Below are positions 55,801 to 64,000 of a DNA stretch of 64,000 nt, in pieces (the stretch's first letter is position 1; each line of letters begins with the position of its first letter). This DNA is from the human T2T-CHM13v2.0 reference genome, Homo sapiens. The stretch lies in NCBI RefSeq assembly GCF_009914755.1, contig NC_060926.1; one strand, given 5' to 3'. Below the pieces are notes generated by a model. That model had not been told where the DNA came from. It worked only from the letters and a program-made list of their open reading frames with translations, and did not search any database. The translations under genes were made by a program, and so were the position numbers.

Positions 55801-57673
55801 AACACTCTTTTTGTGGAATCTGCAAGTGGATATTTGTCTAGCTTTGAGGATTTCGTTGGAAACGCGATTACATATAAAAAGCAGACAGCAGCATTCCCAG
55901 AAACTTCTTTGTGATGTTTGCATTCAAGTCGCAGAGTTGAACATTCCCTTTCATAGAGCAGGTTTGAAACACTCTTTTTGTAGTATCTGGATGTGGACAT
56001 TTGGAGCGCTTTCAGGTCTATGGTGAAAAAGGAAATATCTTCCCCTGAAAACTAGACAGAAGCATTCTCAGAATCTTATTTGTGATGTGCACCCTCAACT
56101 AACAGTGTTGAACCTTTCTTTTGATAGAGCAGTTTTGAAACACTCTTTTTGTAAAATCTGCAATAGGATATTTGGTTAGCTTTGAGGATTTCGTTGGAAA
56201 CGGGATTGTCTTCATATAAAATCTAGACAGAAGCATTCTCAGAAGCTTCATTGGGATGTTTCAATTGATGTCACAGAGTTGAACATTCCATTTCATAGAG
56301 CAGGTTTGAAACACTCTTTTTGTAGTATCTGGAAATGGACGTTTGGAGCGCTCTCAGGACTACGGTGAAAAAGGAAATATCTTCCAATAAAAGCTAGATA
56401 GAAGCAATGTCAGAAACATTTTCATGATGTATCTACTCAGCTAACAGAGTTGAACCTTTCTTTTGAGAGAGCAGTTTTGAAACACTCTTTTTGTGGAATC
56501 TGCAAGTGGGTATTTGTCTAGCTTTGAGGATTTCGTTGGAAACGGGATTACATATAAAAAGCAGACAGCAGCATTCCCAGAAACTTCTTTGTGATGTTTG
56601 CATTCAAGTCACAGAGTTGAACATTCCCTTTCATAGAGCAGGTTTGAAACACTCTTTTTGTAGTATCTGGATGTGGACATTTGGAGCGCTTTCAGGCCTA
56701 TGGTGAAAAAGGAAATATCTTCCCCTGAAAACTAGACAGAAGCATTCTCAGAATCTTATTTGTGATGTGCGCCCTCAACTAACAGTGTTGAACCTTTCTT
56801 TTGATATAGCAGTTTTGAAACACTCTTTTTGTAAAATCTGCAAGAGGATATTTGGATAGCTTTGAGGATTTCGTTGGAAACGGGATTGTCTTCATATAAA
56901 CTCTAGACAGAAGCATTCTCAGAAGCTTCATTGGGATGTTTCAATTGAAGTCACAGTGTTGAACAGTCCCTTTCATACAGCAGGTTTGAAACACTCTTTT
57001 TGTAGTATCTGGAAGTGGACATTTGGAGCGCTCTCAGGACTACGGTGAAAAAGGAAATATCTTCAAATAAAAGCTAGATAGAAGCAATGTCAGAAACTTT
57101 TTCAGGATGTATCTACTCAGCTAACAGTGTTGAACCTTTCTTTTGAGAGAGCAGTTTTGAAACACTCTTTTTGTGGAATCTGGAAGTGGATATTTGTCTA
57201 GCTTTGAGGATTTCGTTGGAAACGGGATTACATATAAAAAGCAGACAGCAGCATTCACAGAAATTTCTTTGTGATGTTTGCATTCAAGTCACAGAGTTGA
57301 ACATTCCCTTTCTTAGAGCAGGTTTGAAACACTCTTTTTGTAGTATCTGGATGTGGACATTTGGAGCGCTTTCAGGCCTATGGTGAAAAAGGAAATATCT
57401 TCCCCTGAAAACTAGACAGAAGCATTCTCAGAATCTTATTTGTGATGTGCGCCCTCAACTAACAGTGTTGAAGCTTTCTTTTGATAGAGCAGTTTTGAAA
57501 CACTCTTTTTGTAAAATCTGCAAGAGGATATTTGGATAGCTTTGAGGATTTCGTTGGAAACGGGATTGTCTTCATATAAACTCTAGACAGAATCATTCTC
57601 AGAAGCTTCATTGGGATGTTTCAATTGAAGTCACAGTGTTGAACAGTCCCTTTCATAGAGCAGGTTTGAAACA

Positions 57674-57712
<39 letters not shown>

Positions 57713-57719
<7 letters not shown>

Positions 57720-57797
57720 AAATATGCGCACCACATACAGCTATATCCCAATTTATTTGTGTTCCAGGATATGTGAAGAAAGACATTCACTACAGCA
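57713..57797 (-). other. 85-bp non-satellite 3'-transduced sequence between two poly(A) tracts (copy 1)
   Basis: Lies between T36 (57677-57712) and T13 (57798-57810). The minus strand reads TGCTGTAGTGAATGTCTTTCTTCACATATCCTGGAACACAAATAAATTGGGATATAGCTGTATGTGGTGCGCATATTTTTAATTT, with AATAAA at 57752-57757. Confidence 0.88.
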
Positions 57798-57938
57798 TTT
57801 TTTTTTTTTTATTATACTCTAAGTTTTAGGGTACATGTGCACATTGTGCAGGTTAGTAACATATGTATACATGTGCCATGCTGGTGCGCTGCACCCACTA
57901 ATGTGTCATCTAGCATTAGGTATATCTCCCAATGCTAT

Positions 57939-57972
57939 CCCTCCCCCCTCCCCCGACCCCACCACAGTCCCC
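57939..57972 (-). other. L1 3'UTR G-rich tract / G-quadruplex motif (copy 2 at 63481-63514)
   Basis: Minus strand GGGGACTGTGGTGGGGTCGGGGGAGGGGGGAGGG, with at least four G3+ runs; this is the known L1HS 3'UTR polypurine tract. Confidence 0.8.
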
Positions 57973-58015
57973 AGAGTGTGATATTCCCCTTCCTGTGTCC
58001 ATGTGATCTCATTGT

Positions 58016-58459
58016 TCAATTCCCACCTATGCGTGAGAATATGCGGTGTTTGGTTTTTTGTTCTTGCGATAGTTTACTGAGAATGATGGTTTCCAATTTC
58101 ATCCATGTCCCTACAAAGGATATGAACTCATCATTTTTTATGGCTGCATAATATTCCATGGTGTATATGTGCCACATTTTCTTAATCCAGTCTATCATTG
58201 TTGGACATTTGGGTTGGTTCCAAGTCTTTGCTATTGTGAATAGTGCCGCAATAAACATACGTGTGCATGTGTCTTTATAGCAGCATGATTTATAGACCTT
58301 TGGGTATATACCCAGTAATGGGATGGCTGGGTCAAATGGTATTTCCAGTTCTAGATCCCTGAGGAATCGCCACACTGACTTCCACAATGGTTGAACTAGT
58401 TTAAAGTCCCACCAACAGTGTAAAAGTGTTCCTATTTCTCCGCATCCTCTCCAGCACCT
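58016..58459 (-). pseudogene. L1 ORF2p C-terminal fragment (no start, no EN/RT domains)
   Basis: Translates RCWRGCGEIGTLLHCWWDFKLVQPLWKSVWRFLRDLELEIPFDPAIPLLGIYP...KHRIFSRIGGN*; TGA stop at 58016-58018. Confidence 0.93.
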
Positions 58460-58464
58460 TTTTT
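58460..58464 (+). repeat. Probable short target-site duplication TTTTT (left copy 57677-57681, merged with the tail)
   Basis: The empty site is ACACTCTTTTTGTAG; the filled site is ACACTC-T36...L1...CACCT-TTTTT-GTAG. Exact TSD length is ambiguous inside T runs. Confidence 0.65.
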
Positions 58465-61400
58465 GTAGTATCTGGAAGTGGACATTTGGAGAGTTCTCAG
58501 GAATACGGTGAAAAAGGAAATATCTTCCAATAAAAGCTAGATAGAAGCAATGTCAGAAACTTTTTAATGATGTATCTACTCAGCTAACAGAGTTGAACCT
58601 TTCTTTTGAGAGAGCAGTTTTGAAACACTCTTTTTGTGGAATCTGCAAGTGGATATTTGTCTAGCTTTGAGGATTTCGTTGGAAACGGGATTACATATAA
58701 AAAGCAGACAGCAGCATTCCCAGAAATTTCTTTGTGATGTTTGCATTCAACTCACAGAGTTGAACATTCCCTTTCTTAGAGCAGGTTTGAAACACTCTTT
58801 TTGTAGTATCTGGATGTGGACATTTGGAGCGCTTTCAGGCCTATGGTGAAAAAGGAAATATCTTCCCCTGAAAACTAGACAGAAGCATTCTCAGAATCTT
58901 ATTTGTGATGTGCGCCCTCAACTAACAGTGTTGAAGCTTTCTTTTGATAGAGCAGTTTTGAAACACTCTTTTTGTAAAATCTGCAAGAGGATATTTGGAT
59001 AGGTTTGAGGATTTCGTTGAAAACGGGATTGTCTTCATATAAACTCTAGACAGAAGCATTCTCAGAAGCTTCATTGGGATGTTTCAATTGAAGTCACAGT
59101 GTTGAACAGTCCCTTTCATAGAGCAGGTTTGAAACGCTCTTTTTGTAGTATCTGGAAGTGGACATTTGGAGAGTTCTCAGGAATACGGTGAAAAAGGAAA
59201 TATCTTCCAATAAAAGCTAGACAGAAGCAATGTCAGAAAATTGTTCATGATGTATCTACTCAGCTAACAGTGTTGAACCTTCCTTTTGAGAGAGCAGTTT
59301 TGAAACACTATTTTTGTGGAATCTGCAAGTGGATATTTGTCTAGATTTGAGGATTTCGTTGGAAACGGGATTACATATAAAAAGCAGACAGCAGCATTCC
59401 CAGAAACTTCTTTGTGATGTTTGCATTCAAGTCACAGAGTTGAACATTCCCTTTCATAGAGCAGGTTTGAAACACTCTTTTTGTAGTATCTGGATGTGGA
59501 CATTTGGAGCGCTTTCAGGCCTATGGTGAAAAAGGAAATATCTTCCCCTGAAAACTAGACAGAAGCATTCTCAGAAACTTATTTGTGATGTGCGCCCTCA
59601 ACTAACAGTGTTGAAGCTTTCTTTTGATAGAGCAGTTTTGAAACACTCTTTTTGTAAAATCTGCAAGAGGATATTTGGATAGCTTTGAGGATTTCGTTGG
59701 AAACGGGATTGTCTTCATATAAACTCTAGACAGAAGCATTCTCAGAAGCTTCATTGGGATGTTTCAATTGAAGTCACAGTGTTGAACAGTCCCTTTCATA
59801 GAGCAGGTTTGAAAAACTCATTTTGTAGTATCTGGAAGTGGACATTTGGAGCGCTCTCAGGACTACGGTGAAAAAGGAAATATCTTCCAATAAAAGCTAG
59901 ATAGAAGCAATGTCAGAAACATTTTCATGATGTATCTACTCAGCTAACAGAGTTGAACCTTTCTTTTGAGAGAGCAGTTTTGAAACACTCTTTTTGTGGA
60001 ATCTGCAAGTGGAAATTTGTCTAGATTTGAGGATTTCGTTGGAAACGGGATTACATATAAAAAGCAGACAGCAGCATTCCCAGAAACTTCTTTGTGATGT
60101 TTGTATTCAAGTCACAGAGTTGAACATTCCCTTTCATAGAGCAGGTTTGAAACACTCTTTTTGTAGTATCTGGATGTGGACATTTGGAGCGCTTTCAGGC
60201 CTATGGTGAAAAAGGAAATATCTTCCCCTGAAAACTAGACAGAAGCATTCTCAGAATCTTATTTGTGATGTGCGCCCTCAACTAACAGTGTTGAAGCTTT
60301 CTTTTGATAGAGCAGTTTTGAAACACCCTTTTTGTAAAATCTGCAAGAGGATATTTGGATAGCTTTGAGGATTTCGTTGGAAACGGGATTGTCTTCATAT
60401 AAACTCTAGACAGAAGCATTCTCAGAAGCTTCATTGGGATGTTTCAACAGAAGTCACAGTGTTGAACAGTCCCTTTCATAGAGCAGGTTTGAAACACTCT
60501 TTTTGTAGTATGTGGAAGTGGACCTTTGGAGAGTTCTCAGGAATACCGTGAAAAAGGAAATATCTTCCAATAAAAGCTAGATAGAAGCAATGTCAGAAAC
60601 TTTTTCATGATGTATCTACTCAGCTAACAGAGTTGAACCTTTCTTTTGAGAGAGCAGTTTTGAAACACTCTTTTTGTGGAATCTGCAAGTGGATATTTGA
60701 CTAGCTTTGAGGATTTCGTTGGAAACGGGATTATATATAAAAAGCAGACAGCAGCATTCCCAGAAACTTCTTTGTGATGTTTGCATTTAAGTGACAGAGT
60801 TGAACATTCCCTTTCATAGAGCAGGTTTGAAACACTCTTTTTGTAGTATCTGGATGTGGAAATTTGGAGCGCTTTCAGGCCTATGGTGAAAAAGGAAATA
60901 TCTTCCCCTGAAAACTAGACAGAAGTAGTCTCAGAAACTTATTTGTGATGTGCGCCCTCAACTAACAGTGTTGAAGCTTTCTTTTCACAGAGCCGTTTTG
61001 AAACACGCTTTTTGTAAAATCTGCAAGAGGATATTTGGATAGCTTTGAGGATTTCGTTGGAAACGGGATTGTCTGCATATAAACTCTAGACAGAAGCATT
61101 CTCAGAAGCTTCATTGGGATGTTTCAATTGAAGTCACAGTGTTGAACAGTCCCTTTCATAGAGCAGGTTTGAAACACTCTTTTTGTAGTATCTGGAAGTG
61201 CACATTTGGAGCGATCTCAGGACTACGGCGAAAAAGGAAATATCTTCCAATAAAAGCTAGATAGAAGCAATGTCAGAAACATTTTCGTGATGTATCTACT
61301 CAGCTAACAGAGTTGAACCTTTCTTTTGAGAGAGCAGTTTTGAAACACTCTTTTGGTGGAATCTGCAAGTGGATATTTGTCTAGCTTTGAGGATTTCGTT

Positions 61401-63216
61401 GGAAACGGGATTACATATAAAAAGCAGACAGCAGCATTCCCAGAAACTTCTTTGTGATGTTTGCATTCAAGTCACAGAGTTGAACATTCCCTTTCATAGA
61501 GCAGGTTGGAAACACTCTTTTTGTAGTATCTGGATGTGGACATTTGGAGCGCTTTCAGGCCTATGGTGAAAAAGGAAATATCTTCCCCTGAAAACTAGAC
61601 AGAAGCATTCTCAGAATCTTATTTGTGATGTGCGCCCTCAACTAACAGTGTTGAAGCTTTGTTTTGATAGAGCAGTTTTGAAACACTCTTTTTGTAAAAT
61701 CTGCAAGAGGATATTTGGATAGCTTTGAGGATTTCGTTGGAAACGGGATTGTCTTCATATAAACTCTAGACAGAAGCATTCTCAGAAGCTTCATTGGGAT
61801 GTTTCAATTGAAGTCACAGTGTTGAACAGTCCCTTTCATAGAGCAGGTTTGAAACACTCTTTTTGTAGTATCTGGAAGTGGACATTTGGAGCGCTCTCAG
61901 GACTACGGTGAAAAAGGAAATATCTTCCAATAAAAGCCAGATAGAAGCAATGTCAGAAACATTTTCATGATGTATCTACTCAGCTAACAGAGTTGAACCT
62001 TTCTTTCGAGAGAGCAGTTTTGAAACACTCTTTTTGTGGAATCTGCAAGTGGATATTTGTCTAGCTTTGAGGATTTCGTTGGAAACGCGATTACATATAA
62101 AAAGCAGACAGCAGCATTCCCAGAAACTTCTTTGTGATGTTTGCATTCAAGTCACAGAGTTGAACATTCCCTTTCATAGAGCAGGTTTGAAACACTCTTT
62201 TTGTAGTATCTGGATGTGGACATTTGGAGCGCTTTCAGGTCTATGGTGAAAAAGGAAATATCTTCCCCTGAAAACTAGACAGAAGCATTCTCAGAATCTT
62301 ATTTGTGATGTGCACCCTCAACTAACAGTGTTGAACCTTTCTTTTGATAGAGCAGTTTTGAAACACTCTTTTTGTAAAATCTGCAATAGGATATTTGGTT
62401 AGCTTTGAGGATTTCGTTGGAAACGGGATTGTCTTCATATAAACTCTAGACAGAAGCATTCTCAGAAGCTTCATTGGGATGTTTCAATTGATGTCACAGA
62501 GTTGAACATTCCATTTCATAGAGCAGGTTTGAAACACTCTTTTTGTAGTATCTGGAAATGGACGTTTGGAGCGCTCTCAGGACTACGGTGAAAAAGGAAA
62601 TATCTTCAAATAAAAGCTAGATAGAAGCAATGTCAGAAACTTTTTCAGGATGTATCTACTCAGCTAACAGTGTTGAACCTTTCTTTTGAGAGAGCAGTTT
62701 TGAAACACTCTTTTTGTGGAATCTGGAAGTGGATATTTGTCTAGCTTTGAGGATTTCGTTGGAAACGGGATTACATATAAAAAGCAGACAGCAGCATTCA
62801 CAGAAATTTCTTTGTGATGTTTGCATTCAAGTCACAGAGTTGAACATTCCCTTTCTTAGAGCAGGTTTGAAACACTCTTTTTGTAGTATCTGGATGTGGA
62901 CATTTGGAGCGCTTTCAGGCCTATGGTGAAAAAGGAAATATCTTCCCCTGAAAACTAGACAGAAGCATTCTCAGAATCTTATTTGTGATGTGCGCCCTCA
63001 ACTAACAGTGTTGAAGCTTTCTTTTGATAGAGCAGTTTTGAAACACTCTTTTTGTAAAATCTGCAAGAGGATATTTGGATAGCTTTGAGGATTTCGTTGG
63101 AAACGGGATTGTCTTCATATAAACTCTAGACAGAATCATTCTCAGAAGCTTCATTGGGATGTTTCAATTGAAGTCACAGTGTTGAACAGTCCCTTTCATA
63201 GAGCAGGTTTGAAACA

Positions 63217-63224
<8 letters not shown>
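58460..63224 (+). repeat. Alpha-satellite 4-mer HOR array, continued in register between the two L1 copies (7 HOR periods)
   Basis: Resumes at TTTTTGTAGTATCTGGAAG in the same monomer 3 that was interrupted. Anchors 58634, 59314, 59994, 60674, 61354, 62034, 62714 are spaced 680 bp apart. Confidence 0.97.
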
Positions 63225-63256
<32 letters not shown>

Positions 63257-63263
<7 letters not shown>

Positions 63264-63341
63264 AAATATGCGCACCACATACAGCTATATCCCAATTTAT
63301 TTGTGTTCCCGGATATGTGAAGAAAGACATTCACTACAGCA
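63257..63341 (-). other. 85-bp 3'-transduced sequence (copy 2)
   Basis: Identical to 57713-57797 except A57766 -> C63310 (GTTCCAGG vs GTTCCCGG); AATAAA on the minus strand at 63296-63301. Confidence 0.88.
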
Positions 63342-63557
63342 TTTTTTTTTTTATTATACTCTAAGTTTTAGGGTACATGTGCACATTGTGCAGGTTAGTA
63401 ACATATGTATACATGTGCCATGCTGGTGCGCTGCACCCACTAATGTGTCATCTAGCATTAGGTATATCTCCCAATGCTATCCCTCCCCCCTCCCCCGACC
63501 CCACCACAGTCCCCAGAGTGTGATATTCCCCTTCCTGTGTCCATGTGATCTCATTGT

Positions 63558-64000
63558 TCAATTCCCACCTATGCGTGAGAATATGCGGTGTTTGGTTTTT
63601 TGTTCTTGCGATAGTTTACTGAGAATGATGGTTTCCAATTTCATCCATGTCCCTACAAAGGATATGAACTCATCATTTTTTATGGCTGCATAATATTCCA
63701 TGGTGTATATGTGCCACATTTTCTTAATCCAGTCTATCATTGTTGGACATTTGGGTTGGTTCCAAGTCTTTGCTATTGTGAATAGTGCCGCAATAAACAT
63801 ACGTGTGCATGTGTCTTTATAGCAGCATGATTTATAGACCTTTGGGTATATACCCAGTAATGGGATGGCTGGGTCAAATGGTATTTCCAGTTCTAGATCC
63901 CTGAGGAATCGCCACACTGACTTCCACAATGGTTGAACTAGTTTAAAGTCCCACCAACAGTGTAAAAGTGTTCCTATTTCTCCGCATCCTCTCCAGCACC
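63558..64000 (-). pseudogene. L1 ORF2p C-terminal fragment, copy 2
   Basis: ORF track 63558..63929 is identical to 58016..58387; the frame is open to the window end. Confidence 0.92.

Larger units (their letters stand above)
1..57681 (+). repeat. Alpha-satellite HOR array, 680-bp 4-mer (SF2; probably D2Z1/S2C2H1L, human chr2)
   Basis: Tandem ~171-bp monomers beginning CATTCTCAGAAAC-like. The ORF track recurs every 678-680 bp (601, 1281, 1961, 2641...). A-type monomers (GGTGAAAAAGGAAA) alternate with B-type monomers (CENP-B box), and TCTAGA usually occurs once per unit. Alpha-satellite identity is certain; the D2Z1 assignment is from the known 680-bp XbaI 4-mer and is about 0.8. Confidence 0.97.
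57682..58459 (-). mobile_element. L1HS: L1HS-Ta insertion copy 1: 649-bp 5'-truncated L1 (57811-58459) + A13 + 85-bp 3' transduction + poly(A) tail
   Basis: The minus strand reads ORF2 C-terminus then 3'UTR ending ...CCTAAAACTTAGAGTATAAT(A)n. The Ta-diagnostic ACA (GATGACACATTAG) lies at 57902-57904 and the diagnostic G at 57819. Net insertion is 783 bp (anchor spacing 57171->58634 = 680+783). Confidence 0.96.
63225..64000 (-). mobile_element. L1HS: L1HS-Ta insertion copy 2 (L1 body 63353-64000, A11, transduction 63257-63341, T37 run 63220-63256); 5' junction cut by the window edge
   Basis: Same m3 insertion point and same transduction as copy 1. The L1 body is identical to copy 1 by eye (offset 5542). 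The window ends at CAGCACC, one base short of the copy-1 truncation point. Confidence 0.95.

Noticed and set aside
2906-56000. Minus-strand 61-79 aa ORFs (MKHPNEASEN..., MQTSQRSFW...)
   Set aside because: They appear only where an SNV or hybrid junction removes a stop codon in satellite sequence; there is no gene context.
1-57681. CRISPR-like or prokaryotic repeat-spacer array
   Set aside because: There are no unique spacers and no cas genes; the whole unit repeats and carries CENP-B boxes.
57837-58151. Plus-strand ORFs over the L1 copies (also 63179-63364 and 63268-63693)
   Set aside because: These are antisense read-through of the L1 3'UTR/ORF2 and poly(T); the poly-Phe is a translated tail.
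57811-58459. Autonomous active L1
   Set aside because: Only the last 649 bp are present; the 5'UTR promoter, ORF1, EN and RT are missing.
601-62929. Family of ~71-aa ORFs (MWNLQVDICLALRISLETG...) repeating every 680 bp
   Set aside because: They are chance open frames across m4-m1 starting at TTG/GTG, freely broken by stops and frameshifts in sister units. Their similarity just reflects the satellite.
57682-64000. LTR or composite transposon formed by the two direct L1 repeats around 4.8 kb
   Set aside because: The repeats are poly(A)-tailed LINE fragments without TG...CA ends or a primer-binding site, the interior is plain satellite, and homology extends into the upstream HORs.
1-64000. Inversion or switch to another satellite family
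   Set aside because: All monomers and CENP-B boxes I read are on the + strand and derive from the same four monomers.

Overview
Human centromeric alpha-satellite: about 62.4 kb of head-to-tail ~170-bp monomers, all in one orientation, arranged as a 680-bp 4-monomer higher-order repeat (HOR; 171+171+171+167 bp). CENP-B boxes occur in every second monomer and there is usually one XbaI site per unit, which best fits the SF2 array D2Z1 on chromosome 2. There are no genuine genes; the ~90 near-identical 60-80 aa ORFs are satellite artefacts. The only non-satellite DNA is a 5'-truncated, minus-strand L1HS-Ta element (Ta-0-like, 649 bp) carrying an 85-bp 3' transduction between two poly(A) tracts. 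It is present twice (57682-58459 and 63225-window end) because it was duplicated together with its flanking HORs. The array also contains hybrid-monomer variants (2-mers, a register-breaking 5-mer, a length-neutral chimeric 4-mer) and nested multi-kb duplications (periods ~2.04, 2.21, 3.4, 4.1/4.75, 5.5/6.2, 12.9/13.6 and 18.7 kb). I see no new protein-coding system; the best lead is the satellite-amplified, transduction-tagged L1. All comparisons were made by eye, and L1 consensus bases are recalled, not aligned.
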